Part shown: one piece after another, positions 25,560-39,832 of the stretch
Position numbering within the stretch: position 1 is the first letter of the stretch
How the letters are laid out: each line of letters begins with the position of its first letter
Source: Epiperipatus broadwayi
Lineage: Eukaryota > Animalia > Onychophora
Assembly (NCBI GenBank): GCA_028023455.1
Contig: JAQFVV010000003.1
Span: forward strand, 5,270,001-5,334,000
Direction: 5' to 3'
DNA length: 64,000 bases
Position numbers and translations under genes: made by a program
The notes under the pieces: generated by a model
Databases searched by the model: none
Told to the model about the DNA's origin: nothing
Seen by the model: only the letters and a program-made list of their open reading frames with translations

Positions 25560-26600
25560 ACACTTTTAAATTGCACTCCATAATTTTATAAGCTAATGAC
25601 TTAGTTAAAAAGACTACAGCCTGATCTTTTTCATTATACATATACAATGATAGAATACTACAATATTGAAAAATATATAACATTTAGAACAATTAAACTC
25701 CACACTGGGATTGATATAATGCCTTGTAGTTGCCATAAATTTAAACATTTGTCAAAATATAATGATTCATACTTGTGGATCCAAGTTGTTATATTGATAA
25801 TTTAATTCAGCTGAGCTGTTTATTATAGATTTTATTCAAGTCAAATAAAATATATTTACATAGTAAAGCTATTCTACTCATTTTAAAACATGGCAAGCAA
25901 ACTGACAAACATTAAGTAAATCTTCAAGCATTGGGTATATAATAACTTGGATTGTAGATAAAAGTCATTTTTCCATTGGCAAAAACTGTGCTTCAAGTTT
26001 AATAATTTGAATGATATATAGTTATTGGCCCAGTAATATTTTATCATTACATATTTAATGTTTGACAATTTATTTACAGAGTTATAAATGAGTAGAAATG
26101 GCTTAAATTGTTTACACATAAGCAAGTGATTAATAGAAAGCTTTAAATAAGGGCAGCTATGACTTCTATTAATGGAAAAGTACTTAAATTGAATTCTCTA
26201 AAACTTATTATTCCCATTTTACACTTTACTAATCAATCCTAAATTAATTCATTTTATTGAAAATAAATAATCAACATTGAAGTAAAGCTATTTATTAATA
26301 GATTAATTAAAACTACAAAATGGATCAAGAAGAAGCTAGAAGTTTGTATATTTGTGTAATTTACAAAAAAATCAAGTCAGATGTCACATGATCTAATTTC
26401 TATGCTTAAAATGACTCTTAAGACTTGATGGAGCAAATTTTCCTACATGCCCAGATGGGCTTCTAGTTAAGCTGTATGCCAACTTACCATATACTTAACT
26501 TGAATGCTTGTTAATGTGATGTTCTACTGTGAAACTGAATTTGTTTTTATATAAATCCTGAATCTTTTGAGAATGTCTGCTCTATTAAAAAAAAGTAACC
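25560..26600 (-). mobile_element. Highly decayed I/Jockey-group LINE RT remnant
   Basis: The minus strand shows weak traces of the SW..VW segment (~26500) and of the RPISL..CK..E and W..GI segments (~25950-25720). Only recognisable with several frameshifts. Confidence 0.3.
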
Positions 26601-27024
26601 TCTTTTTGAAAAGCCACATCCAACTAACTACAATTTAGGAGAAAGAAAATAAATTTAGCACAAAAAACTTCCTGAACACAATAAATATTTTATAATAAAC
26701 AACTTAGACAAGACATATATAAATAAAAAATCTATGATAAAATAAAATGGACAGCAAATTGAAAAAAACTAAAACAAAACAATAATATCTATGGATAGTA
26801 TATATATGTACACTTTTTATTAAAGTCAAAGTGAAACTATTTAATTATACAATTCATACTTCTTTATTAAATTTAATATTTTTGATTTATGGTTGCCCTT
26901 TTAATTTTTTCTCTTGAAGATCTCCCTCTCCCAGCACTATTTTATCTACATATTCTTACAGAAAATACTTCGTTATTAGTCAAATGTGACAAGTAATAAT
27001 TTATGATGTAAGAAAGTCATAATA

Positions 27025-27119
27025 GTCAAGCGTTGGTGGCCTTAGCGGTTAGCATAGCTGTCTTCCAAGCAGCTGGCCCGGGTTCTCTTACCGGTCAACG
27101 CTTTGACATATAAAAAAAA
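27025..27119 (+). mobile_element. tRNA-Gly(TCC)-derived SINE, copy 1 (subfamily TCC)
   Basis: GCGTTGGTGGCCTTAGCGGTTAGCATAGCTGTCTTCCAAGCAGCTGGCCCGGGTTCTCTTACCGGTCAACGC closely resembles eukaryotic tRNA-Gly(UCC). Followed by TTTGACATAT and an A tail. TSD AAGTCATAATA at 27014-27024 and 27126-27136. Confidence 0.88.
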
Positions 27120-27680
27120 GAAAGGAAGTCATAATAAATCAAACCAGTATATCAGAAAATAAATTGGAAATATATTGAAATAATAAATCTTTGCACTATT
27201 CTAGGAATGTTGATATCTGAATTGTGAGCAGTGTTTCTTTTTATATTTTATTATGTATATGAGAGATTTTATATTAACATAATATTGTCATATTGTTGAT
27301 TGTTGTTTTTCTTGATCTAATAAATTATTAGTAACTAAAATGTAATGTGGATCTTTATTTCCTCATGCATTACAGATATATCTGTACATTATGTGATTTA
27401 CATGGTCATTGGTATCATAAGAACCATGTTCTGAATTCAGTGTTTTATGATGTGACAGAATTTTGGGTATCAGGGTTGAATTTTATGAGACATCAATCGG
27501 TCTGGTACTCCTGACAATGATTCTCATATATTAGGACAAATAGATAAAAATATAATTTAAAGTAAATTATAGAGATAATCATCATTTCATTACATTTTGG
27601 TACCAATTGCAAAACCTGAATAGATGATATTATGTTTTTTATTTTATTTTTAAGATATCATACCTACTGCATATTACATT

Positions 27681-30600
27681 CATCATCATCAACCATTATC
27701 AATCCACTGCAGGATGAAAATCTCTCCAAGTTCAAACCATCTTTTCCAATCTTTAGCTTCTCTTCTCCACATCACCCCTGCACACTTTCTTATTTCATTC
27801 ATTTATCTCACATGTGGTCTCTTTCTGGGTCTTTTACAATCTCTTGGAATCCAGTTTAAGATTTCAATTGTCCATCTATTTTTATCTCTTCTAGCAATAT
27901 GTCCAGTCAACTTCATTTCAGTCTTTTAATTTTTTCAATGAGGTCAGTAACAACTGTTTGTTCTCTTACCCATATATTGCATTTTCGATCTCTTCTTGTT
28001 TCTCACAACATGCATCTCTCTATACTTCTTTGAGTGGTCTGAAGTCTCTGTATTGCTCTTATATTAAGTGTCCAAGTCTCAGATCCATAATTAAAAACTG
28101 GTAAAACACATTTATTAAACACCTTCCTTTTCAAACACGTAGGCATATTCTCTTTTAGTATCAAGTTATTTCTACCAAAAGCACTCCAACCAAGTTTAAT
28201 TCTATCATTAATTTCATTAATTATGGTTCCATCTGTATTAATAATCTGACCAAGGTATTAGTGACTGTTAACTTCTTCTAACTTATCATAATCAATCTTT
28301 ATTTTCATATTTTGAGAAAATCTATGAAACATTACTTTAGTCTTTTTAACATTTATCTTTAGTCCTACTTTCCTACTTTCATCTGATAACTCCTGCAACA
28401 TTTCCTGCATCTCTAAAGTATTATTTACAAAAACAACTACATCATCTGCAAAATCTAAATGTCTGAAATAATCTCCATTTACTTTCATACCTTTAGTTTC
28501 CCATTTTAATCCACAAAATATTTATTGCAGTACTGCAGTAAAAAGTTTTGGAGATATGAAGTCACTCTGTCTTACATCTTTTTCAATGTTGACTTTCCCA
28601 GTATCCTTATGTAATATAATTGTTGCTGTTGCATTTTTATAAATATTCTTTAAAATATGACAATATCCTGGATCTATACTTTGATCTTCTAATGCTTTAG
28701 TCCCTGAAGAAATGTTTATAGAATCAACAGCCTTTTTATAATCTACAAAACTAAAGCATAATGGCAACTCATATTCATTTGTCCTTTTTATAACTTCTCT
28801 CAATACCTGGATATGATTTACCATACTAAAACCACTTTTAAATCCAGGCTTATTCTCTTGGTTGGTGGAAATCCAATATTGTCTGTAGACGGGTTGTAAT
28901 TTTCTTGGTAAAAATTTTGTATAAAACTGATAAAAGGCTGATAGATCTGTAATTTCTAATATCTTCTTTATCACCTTTTTAAAATATTATTATTAATACC
29001 ACATTCTTCCAATCATCTGTTACATCTTTATCATTTAAACATTTGGTATATAACTTTGCTAAAAAAAATTCTATTTCTTCACCTGATTTTTTAAATACAT
29101 CAATTATAATTCCATCATTACCTGAAACCTTTCCTTTCTTCATACATTTAATTGCATGTTCACTTCTTCATTTAAAATTCTGGCCAATTCGGAAAATGTA
29201 ATACATATATATATATATATAGGAGGTATTTGTTCTTTATTACTATATAATTCTTGATAAAAGTCTTTTACCCATTTCATGATGTCATTCATCTCTCTTT
29301 TTAGTAATAATTCCATCTTTTTTTCTTATTGCAGAAACTTTTATTCTCTTCTACAGCTTTCCTTGCTAGTTCACAGTTATACTTTCTTACATCATTTTCA
29401 ACTCTTTTCCACACCATTTTACAAAATTCGAGATATTCAATCTTTTTTAAAGCAATATTTTTGTATATCTTCATATTCCTACTTTTCTTCATAAATTCGC
29501 TAGTCTCAGTAGAAATTTTATTGGTCAATTGCTGCTTTTTTCTACCAGCTATCTTTGTTGCAGTTTTTAAAAGTGTATCAGTTATTTTCATATTAATTTC
29601 ATTCAAATCTGAATCATGTTCAAAATCTACTAATACTTGAAACCGATTTGTAAGTTTTAATTTAAATTCATTAGAATGTTTCTGAAGAATGTAAATATTC
29701 TTTTTCTTAATAATTTTTGTCTCTCTAATTTTACATTAACATATATCTTACATCTTACTAATCGATGATCACTTCCTGTGTTAAATTTATTAAGAACATT
29801 ACAATCTTGAAATATGTATTTCTGTTAGTCAAAATATAATCCAATTCTGCTGTACCTTCATTTGGAAGCTTCCATGTCCATTTCTTTTTAACATTTTTCT
29901 CAAAAAAAGAATTCATAATATAAAGTTATTATTTTTCTGCAAGCTCCAGAAATCTATGTCCTCTCTCATTTCTATTATCATAACCAAAATTACCTACAGC
30001 ACTTTCATCTTTCATTTGTTTACCAATTCTAGCATTAAAGTCTCCCATAATAATTTCAAAATGTTGTTTACTCTGATCAAAAACCTTTTGTACATCCATA
30101 TAAAAATTTTCTACTACTTCATCGCTATGAGAACTTGTTGGGGCATAAACCTGAATTATCTGCATTTGGTATCTGCTATTAAGTTGTATATCTAATCTTG
30201 CCACTTTATCCGATACATCATCAATCTCCATAATGTTATTCTTCCACTTTTTATTTTAATGAATCCTATTCCACTTGTATTTTTAATATTTGTACCTTTA
30301 TAGTAGGATACATGTCCACTTTTTAAATCAATTGCCTCTTCACCTTTCCTTCTTACTTCACAAAGTCCAATAATGCCCCATTTTAAATAAGACAGTTCTT
30401 CTAACTCTTGCAATCTTCCTTCACTTGAAAGTGACCTGCAGTTGTAAGTACCTAAATAAAAAGTTGTCATCAAATGGCTGCCTGGGTCTGCAACCAGGGG
30501 ATTTCTAGCATCCTCTGCCTTCCATCACCAACCACTACCTTGGTTGGTGACTTTACAGTCTCCTGAGAATAAGGGCCATGATTTATTTTTTTTTGTCATA

Positions 30601-30789
30601 ATTATATATAACTATTGGAAAAATATTTACCATTTATATAAACATTCATTCTTTCTTATCAGGCAACTGAGAAGAAAGACCATGGTGTTTCTTGATCTTA
30701 AACTCAGAGGTAAAAAGCCAATAAACTCACCATGCTGGCTAATGTGTATTGGTGAGCAGCCCATCCATGTTTGTATACTATATGTTCAT
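27681..30789 (-). mobile_element. Near full-length (~3.1 kb) but disabled RTE-clade LINE (APE endonuclease + RT)
   Basis: APE motifs: GTYNCRSL, GLCEVRR, IIQVYAPTS, MGDFNARIG (ORFs 30192-30473, 29929-30231). RT motifs: FVDYKKAVD, VRQSDFISPKLF, HLDFADD (ORFs 28522-28974, 28258-28488). RTE-type 3' end ...CCTGCAGTGGATTGATAATGGTTGATGATGATG. Candidate 10-bp TSD ATATTACATT at 27671-27680 and 30790-30799. Confidence 0.93.
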
Positions 30790-30799
30790 ATATTACATT

Positions 30800-30838
30800 A
30801 TATATATATATATATATATATATATAATGTATAAAATA

Positions 30839-30870
<32 letters not shown>
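30800..30870. repeat. (TA)n microsatellite tracts
   Basis: Direct read; two TA runs separated by a short spacer. Confidence 0.85.
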
Positions 30871-30874
<4 letters not shown>

Positions 30875-33578
30875 AATTATTTTTTAACTTAGCAAATCTC
30901 ATCATAAGCTCATTTGCAGTTTTAAACAAAAATTTTCTCAATTAAGTTTCATGATATATCTATTTTTATTTATATCCTCCTATTATTAGATTAATTCAGT
31001 TATTAAAACAAAATAAAGTCTGTGCTCATATACCCTATATTACATATATATAGCCACAGGTATATAACAAGCCTGTATTGCATAATATCTGAGGATTATT
31101 GATAAGCTTTGATCACAATAAAATGTGTACTGTTTATTGAACTGCAAGTGGAACAGTATTTTTAATAAGCATTTATATATAACTCAGATGTGTATAGAAT
31201 GCAATTATTATAGTATAAACAAAATTATAAAATAATGATAATGTAGTTATTAATTATAAACTGAAGGGTATATTTACATACATATGGATTGAATGTAAAA
31301 TCACTCATTCACATTTATTCAAAAATAAAAACAATAAAAAATTTACCATATAATATTTTCATTTTTATTAAATGCTTTTATTTAAATTAGAATCTCTGTT
31401 TGTTTGTTGATTTATTTGTTTGTAAACACATGTAAACACTTTTATATTTAAATTAAAATAAAATTTTAAAATTGAGGTTTAATAGATTTAAATTCATTAT
31501 AATGTCTTAAAATTTGGTGCATTTTCTCTAAACCACTACCAAAGTAATAAGACCCAATAATGTTTTAGGTAGATGATCTAGTTTCTTAGACCTGGTTGAC
31601 TGGATAGAGAAAATTAAATTTAAATCACATATATTAAGTGAAATTCATTTACCATATAGTTTTGGTAAGCATTTATTTTTTTTAAAAATTCCATTCAAAA
31701 GAAAAAATGTCAAACACTTTTCATTTAGAAGAATATTTTTATATTTTAAATCATTTAAAGATTTATTATACACATATAAAATTATGTGCACATACTATAT
31801 ATAATATATACATAAGAAGTATACATATTAACTTATTGCAGTTTAAAGTTCAATATAGTTTTAAATTTTTAGTTAAGCAAAAAAAAGTATTTCAACAAAA
31901 ATTAAAATTTAGATTTAACTTGAAATAAAAATGTGAGATAAGGGTTTAGAAATTAATTAAGTCAATCTTTATTTTCCATAACAGGGGATTGATTTAAATT
32001 AATTTTTGCATCATTACCACTCCTCATGATTTTATTTCAAATTAAATCTAAAAACCTCAATTTTGGTCTAAGAAACAATTATTTTTTGCAAAACTTTTAG
32101 TGTATGGTAAATAAATGCATTTAATATAAAAATTATTTATCTCTATTTATTATAAAATAAAAGAATAGTAAAGTATCAAACTTTTGACATAAATCAAAAA
32201 CATTATTTTCTATGGAAATATTAATAGTAGTCTTGTTATCAGTAGGTAGTGACCTTTCTAATTATTTTGATGTTTTTAATCTATATCAGCTTCAGAATTT
32301 ATATAATCATCATTACTTGTTATTAACCATTTTAGATTCATTAAACTCCTTAAACTTTAAGCTTTTTGACATGATATAATTATGAATACTTTATACTTCT
32401 TACTTTTGCATTTAATCAATAACTTTCATTTTATCACTTAAAAAAGATATTTTATGAATTTTAGTAAATTTTGTAACATATGCTTAGAAAATGTTTTATT
32501 ATAAAAATATCATACTACACCAAAGTAAGCAATAAAATATCTATGGTTTCAATGGAATCTGAAGAAATATTATTAATAAACATGTTCACATGCAAAGCTC
32601 TTAAATAAAAAAAAAGACTGCTGCAATAATATAAAATTTATTATATTTATTATTTTAATGTTTTTATTTTTTTGTTCATATTACTTTTTTTTTATTATTT
32701 ACACTTTTTTAAAAAGTGTACATATGAAATAATACATACTAATAAAAAATAATCATGGTTTCATTGTAGTTTCTTGCAGAAATGAACCTTGTCTATATAA
32801 TAAAAATTATTTGACCTTGTCAATAACCCTTTTTTACATTAACAATTACACAGGAATTGAACAAATTAATGGGAACACCCATCATATTTCTGTCACATTA
32901 TATATTTGACATCATGTGATATAGAAATACTAGTGCAACATTTTCTCTTTTATATATAGACAGTGAAGATCTTTTTTTAATATTTTCTCAACTATGTAAT
33001 CTTGGAGTAAGTTAATGGACATTGGATGGCAGGGAAAATGGTTTTCTAGATGGATTTCTGCACAACTGGAATTCTTTATGATCAGAGTGTATTTTAATTG
33101 TCATGTAGTGTCCAATAATTTATTAAATGCTTGTTTTTGCAGGAAAAAAGAGCCAATTAGCTACAAACCAGGCAAGTAATATATTCAAATAATTAGTACT
33201 CAATTAGCAAAAGAATCACTGTCCAATACTGTGGAAATATTTAAAATGAAACTAAAAAATTAGTGTTTATTGAGATAATGATAAATGTTATAAGAAAAAC
33301 GTATAGATAAAATATATAAAATCACAGTTGAAAAATGTGTTACAAAGCTCAACACTACTTTTTAAAACTGATTATAAAAAGTTCTATAGTTTTGATGAAT
33401 AAATTATTGAGGTATGTGTTTGATGTTCAACAAAAGCATCAATGGACTAAATACCATATACATATATCACTATGTGCAAATCAAAATGGTTATAATTATG
33501 ACATATTTAAATAGAAGAAATCTGATTATTATTTCTGTTTGCATGTTTCAGTATTCCAATGCATTTTCTAATGAAGAT

Positions 33579-33680
33579 TTCATCATCATCAACCATTATC
33601 AATCCTTACAGGATGGTCTCTTCGAGTTCAATTAATCTTCTCTGATCTTTAGATTCTCTTCTCCACATCATCTCTTTATT
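33579..33680 (-). mobile_element. Short 3'-end fragment of the same RTE family
   Basis: CATCATCATCAACCATTATCAATCC is identical to the RTE 3' end at 27681-27705, followed by ~75 bp of decayed similarity. Confidence 0.75.
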
Positions 33681-34920
33681 TTTGTAATATATATATACAA
33701 TGAGAAAAAAATGATCAAAATATTTTTCATAAAGTGATAGCTCAAGATTTATATAAAAAAAAAAACCTTTAGAGGAATGAACAACAAATCAGGGAGATTT
33801 AATATTTAATAAGTACTTTATCAATTTATATTTCTAAATGGCAAAAATCCACCAATCCATTATCCCTCTACATTGGATAAGTTAATGGATGATATATGAT
33901 AGTGTACATAAGTCTCCTTGACTAATTTCTGGCTAAGTAGTTCTTCATAGCAAGAGATAAGCATTAAGTAAGTTAAAAAGCACTAGATATCACTACGTTG
34001 GATTAATTGCCTGATTTTAGACAATTGGCTATCTTATTGAAAAGGTAAGCAGTGCATAAGTTAATCCAGAGGACTGCTTGCAGTGCCATCTAAAGTTTAT
34101 TTTATTAATTTACTCAGTGCTCAAATAGTTAAACAAATCTGAAATAGAAGTAATTAATATTGTGATAAAATATAATTAAGTAATTTCCATTTTTTATGTA
34201 AAAACTAATATTATTATCTCTATATCACTAATTACATAAAATATGTAAATTTTTTATAAATATCCTAATGTAAATATTTTTAAAAATTGAGTATTAAAAA
34301 GAATATTGATTCCCATTTTTAACTTTTTCAGCAATTATAATAATAATAATAAAAAAGATATACGTCTTTGCCATTTAGAAATATATATCTTTAGGCTGAA
34401 TTTAGTATTTCAATTTTCTATAATTTCTAATACTTAATTTGAAGCTGCTTTTAGAAAACATCAATATTAGTCAAATTATAATTATTGATGATTAAAGAAA
34501 AATAAAACAGCTATAGTAATCCCTTAAGATATTTGAAAAATAATGAGAAAAAGAAATATTAAGTTAAATACAGTAAGTCAAACAAAATATTCAAAATCTC
34601 CATATTAATATATATATATAAGATCAGATAAAACAGTTTTTAAATAACTCACTGCAGAATAAAGTATCTTTCATATAGAACCAGTAAAAGAGAAGGCAGT
34701 GAAAGAAAAGACAGTATTTATTAAGTATTGTATTTGACGGATGGTGGGGTTTTGATCATTTGTCCATCCTTGTTTTATCATAAAGCTAGATATATTTAGA
34801 GATCCATTTAGTGATCAATTTTGAATAATTTTCTGGAAAAAGCTTGTTAAAAAATTATTCAAATTTATTCAGTTTCTATTTAAATTTAAGTCATATATAT
34901 ATTTCGGCGTAAATTATAAC

Positions 34921-35015
34921 TTTTTTTTTATGTGTCAAAGCGTCGACCAGGAAGCGAACCCCAGAACAACTGCTTGTAAGATGGCTGTGCAAACCACTCG
35001 GCCACCAACACTTGT
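34921..35015 (-). mobile_element. tRNA-Gly-derived SINE, copy 2 (subfamily TAC)
   Basis: The reverse complement aligns to copy 1, with anticodon loop CTTACAA, T-loop GTTCGCTT, TTTGACACAT and an A tail. Confidence 0.82.
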
Positions 35016-38000
35016 CTTTATATTAAACATTAAAAATTGATGAACTACCTATAAATTGATTGTAGTTATAGAATTGGGAATAATAAGGTTGGTATATTAC
35101 TGAAAAGTTGGTTCAGGCAAAAATTTAAATCATTTTTAAAATCTTTCTGTTATTTATCAATTTGATGAGCTATTAAATGCTTACCCAACAGTGTTAACAA
35201 AAGTTATTCTGTTCTCATCATTTGGTTAATGAGACTTCTCCATTATATATTAGATTTGCTTGAATATTACATGTCTGTGTTCATTGTTTGTTGTAAATTA
35301 GCTTCTAGCTAAAAAAAATATATAATGATATATTTATCATTTAATTACATTCCATGGAATTAACTCAATTATTTAAGTTGAATTTTAGGATAATTCAATT
35401 AAGCAATAAATGTTGATAATCTATATAACATTTGATCATTGTTACTAGGCAGCTAGCTGGTGGAGATGATAAAAATATAAAGTAAAATTCTAATAAAAAA
35501 GTTTTATTTTTTTTTACAATGGGATATTAAGAGTTTGATTGACAGTTATTCTCATTATTTGATTATTGTGATTTAATTCTTATGTACATATTGATATGAT
35601 GTGGCTTTATCTACCCAACATCATTTAGCAATATTAATTCTTTTATTTTATATAATATGGGAAACAAATAATCTGGATATCATGTTAATTGAAATTCAGG
35701 CAATTATAAGATTACATGCATTAAAGACTTATTTTGTAATAAAAGTCTAATTGTTATAAAGAAATCTTTAGTTAGTATGACTAAATTAGGCTATTTTTAT
35801 TCTTTTTGTTTTTGCATGTCATTTTTTTAATAATAATTAAAGCAGTATGAATATTATAAAAAGTCTGTTTGTTTGAAAGTGAACTACATGTGTGAATATT
35901 AGCTATGTGATTTTTTTAGTTTACATTTAACATCTAAATAAATAGCAGACTCTACCCCAATACTATTTTATATATTTGAAATAACTGCTGTTGAAAAATG
36001 ATAAAATAAAGGTTACGAAATTTTAATTGTAATATTCTTTATAACAAGCACGTTGTCTTTAATATAATCAATTTTTGAAATTTAATTTATTTTCTAAGCA
36101 TGAATAAATACTAAAAAATAGATCTGAGATACTCTGGGTATTCTTTAGTTATAAATTTATATATTTTTCAATTCTAATATTGATTTGAAACCTATGCTGA
36201 GTTTTTATGTAATGTTCTATACTTTGCATGTGCATGTATATTTGATTATTATTTTGATAGCCAATATAGATTCTAATTTTTTTCTCCTGTTATTTCTTGA
36301 TTAAGTACAGCTGGTATTTAAAATACCATAATATTGTATGTCATAAATTTAAATAATTACAAATTTCACTTTCTTTCTGACAGTTTTTATTTTATTGTAA
36401 ATATTTTGACAGCATATATCAAACATTTGTTTATATAGATTTCATAATTTGATGTCTAATTAACCAGGTGTTCATTATTAATTGAAGTCTGATTTTCTAG
36501 TGGAAACACTGATTTCACATTTAAAGATATATTACTGGTAGTATTGTCTATGAGAAGGTTGACATCTATCAAAAGCTTCTTTGTGAGGTCCCAAATTTCT
36601 CTTTTTACATCTAACAATAAAGACAGCCTGATTTGATCTTTCTTGATATGATTAGAGGTTATATCAACAACCTCACTGCTACTGGTAGTCAATATGCTTC
36701 TCTACTTCAGAAATAAAACTTAAAATCCTCTAACTTGCATGGCTATGAGAAATCATATAAACAATTACTGTTCTATCTACACACAATGGTGAAATTTAAA
36801 AATTTCCTATCAGACATTTCTCCAAATTCTTTATAATGTTTGTGTATATTTAGTTGCCTAAAAATGATACATTAAGTAAATGCAGAATTATAAATTATTT
36901 TTATATATACTACATATGCATTTTGTCCACTGCAGTTTTTAAAAATATTCTGAAGGATATTGCTTTTATATTTATTTCCAATATTTTAACTTATCTATAG
37001 GATGTTTTTTTAACACACACTACAAATATATTGGCCAGATTATTAATGCAAATAGAAAAACCCTAATAGGTAAAATTAATTATAGAATTAAACTTGAAGA
37101 GAGTGGTTTTGATAGAAATAACTTAATAATAAAAAAATATATACTTTTTCTTCACACGATGAACTTTTATGTGAGGATGGACCATAGCAATCATCATTAT
37201 CTTGTATTCATTATTTTGATTAACAATAAATTATTTTCTACAGTAATTAAGAAAACTTCAATTATTTTTATAAAAAATATCCACTTTTTTTTAAATAACA
37301 GCTATTATATAAAAGTGACGACTTCGTAGGATAATATCTTCATGAAAAGAGCATTATAGAATGCTAATATTGTAACATCCACATCAAAAATATAGTCTAG
37401 TACAAAGTTTATTCGTTATATATAATGATTGTAATTTGAATACACAGTTAAAATACGATTATTGTACTTAATTCATTTTCATGTAACCTTTGCGTTGAAT
37501 ATAAATAAGAATTTCATCTTAGCAAAAAAAATATACATCAATTTTATTATATTACAAGAGATAATGGTATTGAACATTATTTAAAATATATTCACTCAAT
37601 CAATTATTGCCTAATTTTTTTAATGCTAATTTTAGCCACAACATAAATGCTGTCATAGTAAATCTAAATTATTTTCACTAAAAAAAAAAAAAAAGAGAAA
37701 CAATTATTTCAAACATTATGCAATTAATAACAGACTTTATATGATCAAATGGTATTAAATATAAGGTAAAAATATCATTTCCCTGTTTAATTTTTACTGA
37801 ATATTTTTATAATTTGTTCTATCAAATCCAAGATAATGACAGCTTTCATTACAAATGTAAAAAATCTAATCAAGAACTACAGTACAAATTTTATTTAGTA
37901 TGAACTTGGTTACACATAAACGGAAAAATAATTTCTATTTAATTAATTTCTGATTAGTGATTTTGTCTCTATAAAAATTTTTATTAGCTCAGTTAAGATG

Positions 38001-39727
38001 TAGTACTCTATATTAAAACAATAATAGCAAAATAAAATTAAAAACATTTATGTTATTAAAACTACAACAATCGATGGTATCTTACATTTCTTTATCTAAT
38101 TTGAATCTGAACTGAAAGAACATTGAACATTTTTTAGGCCACAAAGTAGTCTAAAAATTTTTTTCCATATAGCTGGTTCATAACAAGATATCAGAAAAAG
38201 TATTAATCAGTAAATGGATATTTAATTGTTATTAGTTAGAGGATTAATCTAAATTGAACAAATGGGTGATGATGCAGAGAATATAAAAAACTATTATTAT
38301 AATCACAGTTAAAAGGCATAATGTTCTTATGAGCACTGAAGTAGATGAATGTATAAATACAATAATGAAAGTGCCATTGAGAATTTGAAAAACAACTTGA
38401 TGATAAGTCATTCTGGAGGAATACTATTCAAATAATTGTCAAGAGTACACTTGGTTACATTTAATAATTATAACTGAAGTAAATTTTTTTTTAGATGATG
38501 AGAAAAACTATAAACTGTAACTAAACAATGCTTTGTTTATCTATTGCTTTTTATCATTTAACTGACTGTTAATGAAATCTTTATTTGTTTTAATCAGCTC
38601 CCACTCTCACCAATACTTACACAATATGAAAGCACTTTCTTTTCTGATTTTCAGTTTAAATCCTCTAACAGCAGGTTAATACTTCAATTGTTCCTAGAGT
38701 CACTTATAAATTAAAAATAAAAAGCAACGTTTCATTTGAGAAAAAACGAACTTATTGGGGGGGGGGGAGGCAGAGTTGAATTTGTTTACTTCCTCCAGAA
38801 TACGAAAGAACTTTCAACAAATATTTATGACACATCATATTATTATCAGAAAACAGACAGAAGACTAAAATTGTTATATTGATTATCTTTTTAGTGAAAA
38901 AAAAAGGCCAGGAAATAAATTTTTCAACAGTAATTACTTCTTTCTTATCTTAAAATATATATAAACAATATTTATGGTAGTTAGTCAGATGTGAGCCTAC
39001 AGTGTCCTCAAAAAATACAGTAGGAAGAGAAAGAGAAGTGAGACTCTAGAGTGTATTTAGAAAAATAAAACGCAATTTATAATAAATTTCATAATTTACA
39101 TTTTTTAAACAATGCAAATTATCTACAGTAAATTCAGATGTTTATTTCCACGAAGATACAAATCAAAATCTTAAATGAATTATTTTTTTAAAAACTTAAA
39201 GATAATATATATATATATATGTGTGTGTGTGTCTGGAGGAGTGAGTTTAATGATAAAATAGTTCACATAACCGTAACAGGTCAAGACCTGACAGCAATCT
39301 TTCGTAGAGGTATAATTAAAAAGACAGAAATTGTTGATTGATGAGGACTTTCATGATTTTTTTCTTCGTTGTTTAATCTTCTATCTTAGAGTGGTTGGTT
39401 AAAACATTTAGAGACCATTGAAGACTTTCTATCTTGAAAGATTTGCTTAAAAATTAATTTAGCAAGGCTGAAACCCCCTGTACAGGAATAAGTTCATGAG
39501 ATTTAGGGCTATTGTTTTGATTAAACATGGAGTTTAACAATAAATTTTTCAGATAATTAAAAATTTCACGGTCTTTTTTTCGTGTAATCGGCATAAAAAT
39601 AAGTAGTTATTGAAAAATAATTATTATCTAGCAATTAACGATTAAATTCTCATAGGGGTACTCATTATTTGGCAATTAGCAAGCTAACTTTTTATTATTT
39701 CTTTATGAGAAGTAAGCTATTTAATAA

Positions 39728-39832
39728 TTTTTTTTTTATGTATCAAAGAATCGGCCGGGAAGCGAACCAGCAAACACGGAACAACTGTTTGTAAGGCAGC
39801 TGTGCTGACCACTTGACCTCCAACACTTGACA
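39728..39832 (-). mobile_element. tRNA-Gly-derived SINE, copy 3 (subfamily TAC)
   Basis: Revcomp TGTCAAGTGTTGGAGGTCAAGTGGTCAGCACAGCTGCCTTACAAACAGTTG...GGTTCGCTTCCCGGCCGATTCTTTGATACAT-An, with a ~10-nt insertion in the variable region. Confidence 0.8.

Noticed and set aside
27030-27101. Functional tRNA-Gly gene (also considered for the other five copies and the tRNA-Lys-like cassettes)
   Set aside because: Broken D and T arms, loss of A58, A tails and TSDs, or a large anticodon-loop insertion, indicate SINE or TE-derived sequence.
31469-32076. Two short inverted matches suggesting another foldback
   Set aside because: The matched blocks are not in the order required for a simple inverted repeat and are AT-rich.
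33143-33171. Candidate 29-bp micro-exon after a strong acceptor (TTGTTTTTGCAG) with a GC-type donor
   Set aside because: Too short to assess, non-canonical donor, no supporting exons or homology.
38608-38693. Minus-strand AG...GTAAGT-bounded segment
   Set aside because: Stop codons in all three frames and no other support.
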